This document shows positions 39,259-54,462 of a stretch of 64,000 nt of DNA, piece by piece. The stretch comes from Octopus bimaculoides (taxonomy: Eukaryota). The position numbers were made by a program, and so were the translations under genes. Positions within the stretch are counted from its first letter, which is position 1. Each line of letters begins with the position of its first letter. The notes under the pieces are model-generated. The model ran no database searches, was not told the DNA's origin, and saw only the letters and a list, made by a program, of their open reading frames with translations. The DNA is taken from contig NC_068989.1 in assembly GCF_001194135.2 (NCBI RefSeq), forward strand, positions 49,034,817 to 49,098,816, given 5' to 3'.

Positions 39259-40865
39259 TTAAATACAAAAATATACATTCATGCTAGTGTTGTTTTATTG
39301 TCTTAAAAATACCCAAATATAATAACAAAATGAGGCACGTTCAATGCCAAGCTGATCTTTTGTGGTTAACAAGAAAAAATTATGTAAACCCTTATTTTTT
39401 AAAAGAAACAAGAATGAGTGAAGAAAGTTGAAATGTAACAAGAGATGTGTGTAGAACAAATGGTTGATATCAAGAGTTATTAGCTTACATGGAAGTCTGA
39501 ACCTAAGAATAAGTGATGGTTTGGTCTGTAAGAGTGTAGGTGTGTGTGTGTGTTTGTGTGTGTGTGTATGTGTATGTGAGAGGGAAAGAAAGAAAGAGGG
39601 AGAGAGGATGAAGGAAAGAGGTCAGCAGTGGAACAGTAGTAGAACAGAGGCATAATGGATGAAAGAAAATTGATCAGAAATTTGACACTTGCAACTTTGT
39701 TTGATGTAGCAAAATTTAAAATGCATTTGTAAGGTGCTTGATTGAGTTAGCCCATATTCAATTGGTAAGGAAGCAACCAAATCATATCTAAATTATCAAA
39801 TTTCATGTAGTTATAATGATCTTTGTAAGTCCAAAGATCTAATCAAATCAAAATTACTCACTGATTTTGACATCCGAATCAACCATGTAAAGATAGCAGC
39901 CAAAGTTTGATAAATAATGGTTCTACCATTTATACAATGTCCAAGGACATCCTTTTACAAGAGAGAAACTAAGTTGCAACAGAAAGGACAGACTTATCAG
40001 TTTACAAAAGAATATTACAATAAGTTGTAACGTACTATGTTAAGGCATGAGCAGACAAATCTTAGGGTCCAATGCTAATCATTTTTGCTGTTGTTGCATA
40101 TGTAGAGGACCCCAATGTATTTTTTTATGAGAGGCCTATAATACTGTGGAGATGACTCTGGTTGTAGTCTGAAAATTTATTTTTTATGGAACACACAAGG
40201 TCACACTTAGTGAGGCCGCTTTAGTGACCTCACATTTAGTGAGGTGAGACTAGAGACAAAATTACACCCACCCAATTACTTCAGGTACTTTATTCTAGTG
40301 CTTTCAGAAAGACGAAAAACATAAGTTGACCGCAGCAGGAATTAAATATAGAATATAAAAGATCATAACTAAATACCACTAGGCATTGTAATTGACATTC
40401 ATTTTGCTAATCCATTTTAATTACTCTATTTCATTACCCAGTAGCACATACAGTACACAATGTATCTATAAGTAGGAACACAGGTACACACACACAAATG
40501 TGCAGTATGTAGGCAGCATAACTGAAGACAGTTACATCTCAACAGTCATCAGTAACTTTTTCATAAATTGTTTGTAACACTCCTGTTAAGTAAACTGATT
40601 AACCTCTTAACATATACATTGCTTTTCAAATTCCATGCAAAAAATATATACTTTTTGTTATTTATTTCAAATCTGTATATAAGGAAGAATAAGTACACAG
40701 ATTACTTTGAATCGGTTATGATTTATTATGAAGTTACTGATAGAAATGATAGTTACTGATAGTTAATGATAGAAAATGGGAATAACATCATGAACGAAGT
40801 ATTTCGGATTAGAGATAAGTAACCTGAGCACAATGAATACTCTCTCTCTCTCTCTTTTACTCTTT

Positions 40866-41272
40866 TATTTGTTTCAGCCATTTGAATGTGGCCATGCTGG
40901 AGCACCGCTTTTAGTCGAGCAAATTGACCCCAGGACTTATTCTTTGTAAACCTGGCACTTATTCTATCGGTCTCTTTTGCCGAACTGCTAAATTACAGGG
41001 ACATAAACACACCAACATCAGTTGTCAAGTGATGTTGGGAAGACAAACACAGACACATAAACATATACACGCACATACATATATATATATATATATATAC
41101 ATATATACGACGGGCTTCTGTCAGTTTGCATCTACCAAATCCACTCACAAGGCTTTGGTCAACTCGAGGCTATAATAGAAGACACTTGCCCAAGGTGCCA
41201 CGCAGTGGGAATAAACCCAGAACCATGTCATTGGTAAGTAAGCTACTAACCACACAGCCACTCCTATGCCTA
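40866..41272 (-). mobile_element. SINE family C/D, full length
   Basis: Minus strand: tRNA-like head GGAGTGGCTGTGTGGTTAGTAGCT...GGTTTATTCCCACTGCGTGGCACCTTGG, central (TA/TG)n, tail ending CAGCATGGCCACATTCAAATGGCTGAAAC. Confidence 0.9.
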
Positions 41273-42144
41273 TGTATATTTTTGTTCAAATATATATTCA
41301 CTAGACATCACTGAATAAAAATATATAGGATAGTATGTTAAGAGGTTAAGAATGTAATATAGATTACAAAACAACTCAACAGAATGGCCTTAAAAGAAAG
41401 GTTGGAATTGAGTAAGTTGCACCAAATACTTCAATATCTCTATTTCCTAACAATTATACACTTCACATTGTGACCACATCCTCACTTTCACGACAAAAGA
41501 TTTTTCTATTGTGTGATGACAATTTTTCAGCCTTTCTAATATTAATATTTAAGCAATAAACTTCTATAAATTGCAACTAAAAGTAAATTTTATTCCTGGT
41601 TATAGAAATCTTAATCCTCTTGAGAAAGGCATGAGTGACACCTCATTTTATTTCACTTTATATACAGAAGAAACATGAAATTATATAACTTGTGTAGTGA
41701 TGATGATCTTATAAAAATAAAATAAAATGAATGAATACTGTATGCTTTACAATTTCATTTGACACCTGACTTGTCAGTTTTAATTTGACCACTGTCATCA
41801 TCATTATCATCATTCAACGTCCATTTTCCATGCAGACATGGGTTGGATGGTTCTATAGGAACTAGCACCAATCCCTCCTATCCGTTTTGGCATGGTTTTA
41901 CCTGCTGAAGGCCCTTCCTAATGACAAATCTAATGTTTAATATTTTGAGGTTCATATTGATTAAATTAACCAAAATACTTTGTCTAATGCAGAGTTAAAA
42001 ATAATATTATATCATTGTAAAGAATGATGCTGAGAAGAAAAAAATATAGACTATATCAGCTACATGCTGAGTTAAAATTATATTAAGTGTGACTTTACTC
42101 CTTCATTTTTTCCATTTATCTTTTATCTTACACTTGTTTTGGTC

Positions 42145-42440
42145 ATTAGACTGTGGCACCACCTTGAAGAACTTTAGTTGGACAAATCATCCCCCATGCT
42201 TTTTCTATTATGCCCAATACTTATTCTATCAGTCTCCTTTGCTGAACTGTGAAGATATGGAGGATATAAACACATCAGGAATGGTTGACAAGCTTCTTTT
42301 AGTCTCCATCAACTAAATCTGCTCACAAGGCTTTAATTGGCCTGAGGCTGTAGTAGAAGATACTTGCCTAAGGTGTCATGCTGTGGGACTGAACCAGGAA
42401 GCATGTGGTTAGGAAGTAACCTTCTTACCACACAGCTATG
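42145..42440 (-). mobile_element. SINE family C/D, decayed
   Basis: Collinear with 40866-41272. Confidence 0.75.
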
Positions 42441-43962
42441 ACGGTGCAATTCTTGATAAAATAAATGGTAGTAATAAACTAGGGACCACTTCAAATAAAA
42501 CTAGTCATTGGTCCTGTGCCCAGTAAAAGAAAACCAGTATTGATAAAAAAACATGTCCATTTGTAAACTTATTTCTATGGAGAATAAAGAAATTTAAAAA
42601 GAAAAAATATCAAACACTAATTGATATTATTGATGCTGGTGTTCTGCTCAGACAAAAAGCTAAGCCTACAAAAATACTTTATGGCGCCAGTCAACTGCAC
42701 AATCAAGTAATTGCCAAATATAGATATGTATCATTTAGTATGCTACTGATATTGTAAAAATGTTGGAAATTAACAAATAAATAAAATGAGATTCTAAAGA
42801 AAGCTTCTAATACAAAACTGTGCAAATTGCAATAAGAAAACCTCAACAGCAAGCAACAAGTTTATTTAATTTATGACAACAATCTCATTGTTATGTCCTT
42901 ATAGGGTTTACTTGCAAAAAGACTTATAATAAAAAAAATAGACAGAAGAAAAGAAATCTTTTCAATAATGACTAGCATCTGTATGAATCTAGGAAGTGAA
43001 TTTTGTTTTAACATATCTTTGTCTTTGTGTGTGAATGTGAACACATATGTATGCATAGGTATGTGTGTGTGTAATAGAGTAGGCAAGGAGTTTCATGATA
43101 GTAATGATGATGAGTATAAAATTAATATCACAGTTGAAAAAGTTTTAAAAAAAAGGCAAATTTTCTGTTTTATTATAAACTTTATTATAATTATTATTCA
43201 TTGTTATTATTTTCATTAATACTACTATTTAAAATCTGTCCATCAACCAAGATATTTTATGTGACAGCTTTATGAATGAAAATGATAAATAAATTTCATT
43301 GAAGGAGGGAACAATTCTGTTCTTTTAAATGCAAGGGGCTATTATTTGATTTTTAACTTTCTATTCTTATTCTTTTTTCATTTTATTATTCTCTTTGGTT
43401 TGCTCTTACATTTTTTATCTCCACAATAAACACATTTTTTTTTGAAAAAAAAGATTAAAAAAATATTTATTTAAGCATTGTTGATTTGTTTTTGCCAATA
43501 AAGATACCACACTTTGAACTTGGCATATATTTGTAGACTGCGAAATTGTACAAGTGATTTCAAGGAAGAATTTTATAACAAACAATATTGAAAACCTGTC
43601 ACTAAAACACAATGAAAAGTTGTTTAATTACATTTCTCTTGGAGATTCATGAAAAACAATTGGGCAAAATATAATTGCAATATTTATAAAAAAGAACACA
43701 AATTATTTATTCAATATGTGTGTATATATATATATATATATNNNNNNNNNNNNNNNNNNNNNNNNNNNNNNNNNNNNNNNNNNNNNNNNNNNNNNNNNNN
43801 NNNNNNNNNNNNNNNNNNNNNNNNNNNNNNNNNNNNNNNNNNNNNNNNNNNNNNNNNNNNNNNNNNNNNNNNNTATATATATACATATATATATAATACA
43901 CACACAAGCACACATATATATACATACACATATATATATACTCACACATACACATGCACATG

Positions 43963-44006
<44 letters not shown>

Positions 44007-44530
44007 CATAAACAGATATACATACATATACAAATATATATATACAGACAGATAGATAAATAAAGACAGATATATATCCTAAGGTACAAGTATACATACA
44101 TATACTCACAAAAATATAATAAAAACAGTACATATAAAAAATACAAGCGAGCAATTTCGAGTTTCTTTTAATCAACAAGTTAGCACAAAGCATTGATAAT
44201 ATTCACTTACAGGAATGTCTCAAGTAAGCAAGCTTTACGTAAAAATTACCATGTCAAACATAAAATATCAATTTTTGAATTCACTGAAATGAATACAAAA
44301 ATGCCTGCTAATGAAATCTACATACGAAATTGTTTGAAATAAAGCAAGCTATTGCAATTGTTTCTTATACATGGAATAATATAATTATCACATAGTTACA
44401 GACTTCTGCTCCACTGTAGCTTGTTAATGTGGTGAACATGTTTTACTGAAGTTACTTATTTGATTAGACAATATGATCAACATTTATTAGGATGCACAAG
44501 AGTAAGAAACATTTGTTATACATATACATA

Positions 44531-44613
<83 letters not shown>

Positions 44614-44882
44614 TTTTGTTAGGTCACAAGCTTAACTTTAAAGTTAGCACAATGCATAGCACAACAGAGGCACGTCTTTTATACACATACACACAGAGAT
44701 GCAGGTATGGTTAGATATAATTATGGCTGTCTGGTGAAAAGGTACATTTTGAAACCCTATGGATTCAGGTTCAGTCCCACTGTGCAGCGCTTTGAGAAAA
44801 TGATTCTAGTATAGCTCTGGCTATACAAAAACTAGAGAGAGAGGGAGGATAAAGAGAGAGAGAGAAAGAGAGAAATAGACAA

Positions 44883-44913
<31 letters not shown>

Positions 44914-46202
44914 AAGAGAGAGGGGGAGAGCGAGATAGAATGTGTGTATGCAAGTATATATTTGTCCTTGTCTAGTCCTTTTCACCTATCACTCATTCCT
45001 CCATCACTCTACTAACCACAAGTATTTTGCAGCTGTAGTTAGATAAGAGTAGAACTACCCATTTCATCACCTAGCCATCCTTCATTCTTAACATTGCCCC
45101 TCCTCATTGATATTTTCCATTAATCACCCTTTCTGTGCTACAAATTATTTAGTCCTCTTCCATGAACCACATCCGTTTGACTCACATTTATGTACCTATG
45201 ACCATCTCCACACTTATCACTATACATCTCTCACTCTCACAACACACTCTAGCAAACTTTATCTACCCACCCATTGTCTCCTTAGCTCTCAACTGTCCCC
45301 TCTTATAATTTTACTGCTCTTCACTCTGATTATACTGCCAGTCATCCCCTCTTCTCCCCAACATTCCCTCCAATTTGAATGTATCATCACTCTTGTTCAC
45401 CATTCATTACATTAACACCTTACAACAAATTTAGCCATCTCTCACTCTCTCCACACTTCTGTAATCTCTTGCTATCCACTCTTTTTGATTTTCTGTTACA
45501 ATATACTATGTTCTACTAACTTTCTTGAATATAAGGGTAAATCCATACACTTTATCATCATCACCTTTATCTTTTACTTCAGCTCAACCACATTTACACA
45601 CATATATATATATATTGTGTTTTAGGTGCATCCTGTCTAAAGCAAGAATCTGTTCTGTTACTCTGTCCTTTGTATCATGCTTTAAAGGTTTACCACATAG
45701 CATAAAGCCATTGCTTTCCCCATTATACTCCTACTTACTTGAAAGGGCTTTTAAGTCATGTGAATTACTTGAAAATCATACTAGCACTGGCACCCAAGAG
45801 AATGCGTACAGAACACTGTACAGTGGTTGACATTAGGAAGGACATCCAGCCAAACACAGACACTGGAACATGACACTCTTCCAAATTGTATGATTTTGTA
45901 AAACCATTCGGCCCATGCTAATGCTTAAGATGGATCGTTGTTGTCGTCGTTTAATGTCTGCCTTCCTTGCTAGCATAGGTTGGATTATTTGACAGGATAT
46001 GGTCAGGCAGGAGCCTGCACCACATTTCTGTGTCTGTTCTTGCACAGTATTTACAGCTGGATGCTCCTCCTAACACTAACCATCCAGCAGATAATGTGAT
46101 AATAATGATACATATATGTACATGTAACTATACATACAAACACAAAATATATTCAGATAGATATATAATGTATGATCATTGATAATATACACACACAGAT
46201 GC

Positions 46203-46257
<55 letters not shown>

Positions 46258-46697
46258 ATATACATATATATATATATATATATANNNNNNNNNNNNNNNN
46301 NNNNNNNNNNNNNNNNNNNNNNNNNNNNNNNNNNNNNNNNNNNNNNNNNNNNNNNNNNNNNNNNNNNNNNNNNNNNNNNNNNNNNNNNNNNNNNNNNNNN
46401 NNNNNNNNNNNNNNNNNNNNNNNNNNNNNNNNNNNNNNNNNNNNNNNNNNNNNNNNNNNNNNNNNNNNNNNNNNNNNNNNNNNNNNNNNNNNNNNNNNNN
46501 NNNNNNNNNNNNNNNNNNNNNNNNNNNNNNNNNNNNNNNNNNNNNNNNNNNNNNNNNNNNNNNNNNNNNNNNNNNNNNNNNNNNNNNNNNNNNNNNNNNN
46601 NNNNNNNNNNNNNNNNNNNNNNNNNNNNNNNNNNNNNNNNNNNNNNNNNNNNNNNNNNNNNNNNNNNNNNNNNNNNNNNNNNNNNNNNNNNNNNNNN

Positions 46698-46729
<32 letters not shown>

Positions 46730-46748
46730 TATATCATATGTACACATA

Positions 46749-46963
46749 TGAGAGGAGCCTGAAAAGTTCTGGGCTTTAAGGGTATCATGAAAGGTCTGTT
46801 GGAGGCCCAGCATTCCAAGTTCTTTTACAGGCTTAGAAAAGCTGAAGGACCTCTGCAACAAGCATGTGAATCTGAGAGGGGAAAATGTTGAATAAAATTA
46901 TATTTAACTGATCCTCCTGTATTTTCTTTTACCCAAAGCCAGGAACTTTTCAGCACCCCCTCG
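46749..46963 (+). mobile_element. mariner-derived MITE
   Basis: TA-flanked TIRs TGAGAGGAGCCTGAAAAGTTCTGGGCTTT and AAAGCCAGGAACTTTTCAGCACCCCCTCG; interior encodes LEKLKDLCNKHVNLRGENVE*, like the mariner C-terminus KL..RW.KCV.L.GDYVE. Confidence 0.88.
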
Positions 46964-47847
46964 TATATACATATATCATATGAACATACACATATATACA
47001 CATACATAAACACACATAATAGATACATATACATACACAATATGCATGCATTTTATATGCATGTATGATATATATATATATATACATACATACATACTTA
47101 CACATACACAATTTTAATGCATACATAGTATATGTGTTGTGTGTGTATGGAGAGAGAAAGAGTGAGTGAGGAAGAGAATGAATCTTTAATTTTGTTTTCT
47201 AATACCATCTAGCTGGAAAACAGAAGAGCAGTGCATGTGGCCTATGCAGGATACATGAGTATATGTTTCAATAAATATACAACTATCAATCAATATATTA
47301 CACACATTTTCATATGGAAATGGTGAAAGGGTTGGCTTGTTGTTCTCTGTAGCAACAGTTAATGTATCAACAGTGTTTGAAGTTGCTTCTAATGATTCAG
47401 TAATGGCCAGCTAAAAGAACTTTCCCAACACAAGTGTATATCTCTCTAAGATACATGCAAATTTGGTTTAACATCAACTGCAAATGCATATTCAGAAAGA
47501 AAGAAAAAAAAGCAACAAAGAATGTTTAAGAGCAGAAAACTCCAAACCAAAATCTTGATTAGAGTTACTGCAATGCAGGTACTGAGCGGAAGCTAATAGA
47601 AGCCTCCAACATCATTATCATCCTCATCACTATTTTAATGTCCTCTTTTTTGATACTTGCATGGGTTAAATGAAATTCACTGAGGCAGTTTTCTATGGCC
47701 AAATGTTGTCAACCTTCTTCTGTTTCCAATCAGGTAATATTCTCACAAGTCTTTTGGACACAAGCAGCTTAATGCCACTAAGCATTTTCTCTGACATGCT
47801 TGTGGTTTTGCCACTTCACAGCCTTATTTATAATAATGGTTCTGTTT

Positions 47848-48105
47848 AAAATTCTGGCACAAGACCAGTTATTTTGGGAGAGAGATAAGCTGACAGCATC
47901 AGCCTCAGTACTCAACTGCTACTTATTTTATTGATCACAAAAGGATGAAAGGCAAAGTCAACCTTACTTCCTTTATTTTGGCACTACAGCCATAACATAG
48001 AAGGGACAAGGCAAAGTCAACCTTGGCAGAACTTGAACTCAGAACATAAGAAATGCCATTAAGTATTTTGTGTGGTGTACTTATGATTGTGCCAGTTCAC
48101 CACCT
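47848..48105 (-). mobile_element. SINE family F with a short insertion
   Basis: AAGGCAAAGTCAACCTT occurs twice (47949-65 and 48008-24) around 42 unrelated nt. Confidence 0.8.
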
Positions 48106-48971
48106 AATTTATAATAATATTATTGTACTGAGGGCTCAAGTGCACAACAACATTTGTACTGCATTGTGTCTCTGGCCAAGCCACTTATGATAGATTTCTC
48201 TTGAAGAAGCAGTGGATTGTAAATCTAACAAGTGTTTTGCAAATTATTTCAATTAGTATTATTTAGATTGAATTTTAAGTGTAACATTATCATGATTAAT
48301 TAACGTTATAATTACAAAAAACTCCAGCCTTTCTTAATTTTCCAGTGGATTTAGACTGATTAATATCTTTTCATATAACTATCAGAAAATGTCTATAATG
48401 GTGTGTATGTGCATGTTGGTAGATAGACAGAAAGACAGAACTGCACCCCACCCAAACACCTTATCATTACTCAGCATTATCAGCCAAATAACCAAAAGTA
48501 ACACTCTATAAACAACTGCAGTTCTACATGCTGAAAAAAAAAAAAACTCATTTCTAGAAGGCAATTTGACTTGTAGACATAACTACCCTCTCCTAAACAA
48601 AGACCAATTACCTAGAAGTGTCATAGGTTTGGAAAACAGAGGTGGCTTTCATAGAGGTTGGGTCAATAGGCTGACTCAACGTCCACTGTAAAACTTTCAG
48701 CAGTTGTAATTCTACCTTTTCCAGAACCCTGTGAAGGTCACACTTTCGGCAGTTCTCTGAAAATTCATTTATTTAATTCATACATATGAATTTCATAGAT
48801 TAAAATCAAACAATTTGCCAATGTCTCTGAGACCTTCACTAGCAATGTTGAAGGCTAATGAAAAATGATCATGAGAATTTCCAAAAATGCTTAAAGAATT
48901 AAACAAAACTATGAAAATGGATATGAATGAAATGTTAATCTCAAGTACCACGAGGGATGCTATCTTGGATG

Positions 48972-49167
48972 CAGTAGCGTATGGCAGTTGTTGTATTGGG
49001 TGTGCTACCACACCCAATGCCACCAAATTTTAAGCAGGGATATCAACAAAAGTTTTCCATTAAGATTTATTAATTAAACAGATGAGTAAGGTTAATATCC
49101 ATAATGAATTTGCCAATTTTGTTGCTTGTGCAGTGCACACCTAGCACACCTGGAATATACGCCCCTG
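48972..49167. mobile_element. hAT-type MITE
   Basis: Imperfect TIRs CAGTAGCGTAT and ATACGCCCCTG; 8-bp flanks CTTGGATG and CATGGATC match at 6 of 8. Confidence 0.6.
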
Positions 49168-50369
49168 CATGGATCATAAATTGCATAATATACTTAAGCA
49201 TTTTAACTCAGTTCAAAAGACAAAACTACTCAGGTTAATTACCATACCTGGAGTAGGGATTTCCCAAAATCCCATCCCAGAAGACAAGTGATCGCAACAG
49301 TAATACTTGTTAAAATATACACAAGCTACAGCCTTTCATGTCTTGGGCATATGCATCATTATATTATAAAAGCCATACAAAGACCCAAAGCTTATTATTT
49401 CCATGCTTCCTGCCAAAACCCATGCACTGGATAGAAGCTTTCTGCACTTACTATGAAACACCCAGTATATATCTATAATCTCAGCATATGTGTGTGCATG
49501 TGTATGTGGATCGATATTCAGTTTTATTAATAGATAAAGAGTCAGTTTCTAACCAAGATCCAAGGCTCCTTCATTGGAATTTCAACATCAACAACAGAGA
49601 ATTTTTGTATGTATATGAGCAGATTTGTATATTTTGTTTCATGTATGTCTTCTCATGCACATACTTCCATATCTAGACATGCTTACATATACTTAAATGA
49701 TAAACTTCTGGAAAGTTTTACAGATTTTTACAGTTCCAGTGATGGCTTGGATCTGTAGTCTTCAAATCAACTTTCTCCTGGTTTTGAGAAACCTAATTTC
49801 TCAAGATTGGCAATGTATATATGTACATGTGTGTGTGTGTGTGTGTATACGCACAAGCATACATATACATATATTATTACTATTGCTATTATTATTATCA
49901 TTATCATCATCTTTGAATAATAACCTAATCAAAAATGATAAGCTTACCCTATTATCAATGATGCCGATGAGGAAGATGAAAAAGACAAGAAAGAAAGTCC
50001 TAAATACGATAATCATTAATTCAAGAGCAATTTCCCAGCTAGACAGTCACTACACAGTTTTCTAAATAGGCACACAAAAGCATGCAAAAGTAAATTCTCC
50101 TTATTGAAAACCCAATGCAATCAATATACACGGAGAAGGTTGCAAGCTAAAGTAAATGAGACTTCATTTTTCTGGCTATTTTTTTTTATTTCTTGTTTTT
50201 TTTTTAACTATTTTCTCATACTTGGTAACTTTAGTTTCACAATTCTTACTAGAGAAGATATTTATAACACCAACAGGGGAAATCTTAACATCAGAAAGAA
50301 AGGAAAAAAATATCTGAAACTGTTGTCCAATTTGAGAATTCATAGAGCCAATTTGCTTTTTCCCTGAGT

Positions 50370-50390
50370 ATGTGTGTGCATGTGTGTATG

Positions 50391-50450
<60 letters not shown>

Positions 50451-50499
50451 CATATATGTATATATACACATATATATATATATATACATATATACACAC

Positions 50500-50544
<45 letters not shown>

Positions 50545-50668
50545 CACAAATAAATAAGAATAAGTATCGGTGAGCATGTGTATATATAAGTATGTATATA
50601 AATATAAATGTATATATATGTACACAGACATTTGCATAACAAACACACACACACAAATATACATGCAA

Positions 50669-50710
<42 letters not shown>

Positions 50711-50940
50711 GTATATATGCATACACAAGTATATCTATATACATGCACATATACACAAGCATACATCATACACACACGTATATATGCATACATACACACA
50801 TAAATATGGATACACACACATGCACAAAGTAATTTCAAAGTTTACATGCACATATATGATGAAATCATTATGAAATGACTGTGCATGTATGCATGCATGT
50901 ATATCTGCACACACATACACGTGCACACACATACACACAT
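50370..50940. repeat. Compound (TA)n/(CA)n low-complexity field
   Basis: Directly visible; source of many YIYI/THTH ORFs. Confidence 0.95.
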
Positions 50941-51152
50941 AAACTGCTGAGAAGTCTTAAGAGAATATTACAGGAAAACTTTTACAGTTTTTAGATGAAA
51001 TAGCAGAATGCTTACTATTAATTTAAATAAGTCTAACATATGTCTTCTAGCAAATTTAGAAGTTTTAAAGAAGCTGTATAGAGGATACTGGAAATATTAT
51101 ATAACCATTTCATATTCTATACCTCTCCATATGAATGTGTAAGTGCTTGTGT

Positions 51153-51200
<48 letters not shown>

Positions 51201-51715
51201 NNNNNNNNNNNNNNNNNNNNNNNNNNNNNNNNNNNNNNNNNNNNNNNNNNNNNNNNNNNNNNNNNNNNNNNNNNNNNNNNNNNNNNNNNNNNNNNNNNNN
51301 NNNNNNNNNNNNNNNNNNNNNNNNNNNNNNNNNNNNNNNNNNNNNNNNNNNNNNNNNNNNNNNNNNNNNNNNNNNNNNNNNNNNNNNNNNNNNNNNNNNN
51401 NNNNNNNNNNNNNNNNNNNNNNNNNNNNNNNNNNNNNNNNNNNNNNNNNNNNNNNNNNNNNNNNNNNNNNNNNNNNNNNNNNNNNNNNNNNNNNNNNNNN
51501 NNNNNNNNNNNNNNNNNNNNNNNNNNNNNNNNNNNNNNNNNNNNNNNNNNNNNNNNNNNNNNNNNNNNNNNNNNNNNNNNNATAAACATGAAGCATCTTA
51601 ACACAGCATCTGACAGTTGTTTGCCAGTCAGTAATTAGACATCCTCACACCTGCGGTTTGTCAGGAAACTTTGAATACAGTATGTAAACTTTCCATCTTT
51701 GTATAATAAATTATG

Positions 51716-51911
51716 TCAGTACCGCCTGACTGGCCCTCGTGCCGGTGGCACATAAAAGCACCTACTACACCCTTGGAGTGGTTGGCATTAGGAAGGGCAT
51801 CCAGCTGTAGAAATTCTGCCAGATCAGATTGGAGCCTGGTGCAGCCATCTGTTTCGCCAGTCCTCAGTCAAATCGTCCAACCCATGCTAGCATGGAAAGT
51901 GGACATTAAAC

Positions 51912-51950
<39 letters not shown>
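51716..51950 (+). mobile_element. 3' module E with (GAT)n tail
   Basis: Matches 36245-36440. Confidence 0.85.
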
Positions 51951-51951
<1 letters not shown>

Positions 51952-53474
51952 CATATATATAAATGGGTGTATTCTGGTTATCATTTAACATTTATGTTTC
52001 ACATTAGCATGAGTAGAACAGGGTCTGAAATTGTCTGAGGAGTGCATTGTGCTTCCATTTCAGCTTGGCATGGATTTTATAATTGGATGCCCTTCTTAAC
52101 CCCGACCACTTAGCAGTGTGTACTGAGTGCACATGCTACAGAGTATTAGTTGGATGCAAGTCCTCACTAAGCAGTTTTTATTTTAGAAATTTCCTTCTCC
52201 AAGATGGATTGTCTTTAGCATTTACCCTTGACTAGAGTGGATGGCTGTTGATTCTCTTCAGTTCTTCCAGCCTTTGATAGATTTTTCATCCTGCAAAGTG
52301 TCCAAAAACTATCTTCCTTATCAAGCAAGCTTGGTGGAGTTGCCAGTTTAGTCATTGGCAAGCCTGACCATACAACAGGTTGTACCGAGTAATATGTTAC
52401 CAGAAGTGCAAAAGCAACTACACACACACACACACACGTGTGTGAGTGCATGCGTGCGTATGTGTGTATGTAGTGTATGTGCATATGTGTGTATGTAGTG
52501 TATTTGTATTAGGTAATTTTCTGTGCTAAAAACTGCTGGTTTTAGTTTTTAGTGTAAATTTTAAGGGAAGAACTATTAATGTCACTTTTTCTCAACAAGT
52601 GTATTTTTAATATGATAAGTCTATTTAAAGTCTATTTTAGATTATTTTCTATATAACATCAAATTCTGCCCAATATTATAAAAGAATACTGTTTGATTTG
52701 GACACAATACAAGAATAAGTCTGCAAGAGACAGAATTTACACCTAATCTATTCATATGTAAAGAAAATGATTTCTTTCCTGTACACCTGTGCATTATTTT
52801 TCCACCTGACTGTATCATTTTATTGAAATTCTTGTTTTATACAATTCCTATAATTCTTTTCAAATAAAATACCAAACACAATTACTATTCTAAAGCACAA
52901 AAGGTGATAGTCTGTTTATGTTGAACTGAAAAATTATGTCCAATTCAGAGGCAACATTATCCTCTATTCTTGACAAATTTCCAGAGATCATGCTTTAAGA
53001 AGTATTTTCTTTACAAACTGTGTTTTACGGAACAAAGGAATTTCTTTCCACCCTAAGGCTTGTCTGACCATATTTCTTTCATATAATATATTTTCTTCTT
53101 TCTTTGAATCGTAATACACAAATATATACGAGTTTCTTTTTCTTTTTTCATGTAATAACATATTGTCTGCTTTTTTATGTTATTTTCATTTTACTAATTC
53201 TTTCAAGCTACTATTGAAAAATCATAGCGAAAATTTTTATTTATATCAATGCTACATATAGCATATAGGACAACTCTAGTACTTTTTTAAATAGGATTTC
53301 TTTCATACAAACCACCCACCTGAGTTCTAGGTCGTACCTACATGCTATTCTGTGGATTCATTTATAGGATAAAGTAACTTTCTTCAAAGCTGGAAACAAG
53401 AAATTAATGAAAATAGCCAGAATTTGTAACCTTTAGGTGAGAAACCTCTTGTCCAACATATAACACAAAATATT

Positions 53475-53668
53475 AGTTTCAATTTTTGGCAAAAGGCCAG
53501 CAATTTTTGGGGAGGAGTAAGTCGATTACATTGATCCCAGTGTTCAACAGGTACTTATTTTACTGACCCCGAAAGGATGAAAGGATGAAAGGCAAAGTCA
53601 ACCTCAGATGAAATACCAATAAGCATTTTGCTCAGCATGCAAACAGTTCTGTCAACTTGCTGCCTTAT
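53475..53668 (-). mobile_element. SINE family F
   Basis: Collinear with 26031-26263; internal GAAAGGAT duplication. Confidence 0.85.
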
Positions 53669-53734
53669 AACATGAAGTATTCAAAATATCTATATGATAA
53701 TCTGCTTGTTCGTTTGCCTGTTATACTTTAGTTA

Positions 53735-53796
53735 GAAAGGTGGAGTGAGAAAGAGGTGGAGTGAGAAAGAGGTGGAGTGAGAAAGAGGTGGAGTAA
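53735..53796. repeat. 16-bp tandem repeat (GAAAGAGGTGGAGTGA) x about 4
   Basis: Directly visible. Confidence 0.95.
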
Positions 53797-54462
53797 AAGT
53801 GGGAGACAGAGATGTGAGTCGAGAAAAAAAGAAGAGAAGAGTACACACCATGGCCTAATGCATCACGTGATTGGTTGAAAGGAGAGGAGAAGTGCAAGAG
53901 AAAAGTGGGAGAAAGATGTGTTAATGATGTATTGTAAGGTAGGGAGGGAAAGGTGAAGAGAAAGAAAGAAATGTTAAAGACATGAAGAGGGGAATTACAT
54001 GGTTAAAAAGTTTGTTGAAAGGGTAGAGAGAAAGACAGAAATATAAAGTGCTTAGCAGAGGGAAATTTTAAAATCATACAATATATAATTATGACTGGAA
54101 CTAAAATAACTCAGCAAAATGAAAATAAAAATGCAAATCATCCTTTCTCTCTAAAATAGCTTTTTTAAATTTTTTTCGTTCTGTGGAATTTTCACAGGTC
54201 CTACTAGTAATTTACTCATTCTGAGAATTTTTTTTTTCTTTTTGCTTTTTTAAGGCTTAATCAGAAGAGAAAGCTTGTACCCGTGATCTTTTCATAGAGA
54301 GTGGTGAGTGGTGGAATGAACCCAAAAGCCATTAGTTGCAGTAAGAAGCAGCAAATCAGAATATCTAGTATTATTCATGCCATAGAGTTGATCTAAAATG
54401 TTTCTAACAGAGTGACTTTCAGTAAAGGCGCCCACATAAAGGTGACACCAGCTGTCCCTTAA

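Noticed and set aside
53735-53796. Short direct repeats as a CRISPR-like array
   Set aside because: The units abut with no spacers, and the context is eukaryotic.
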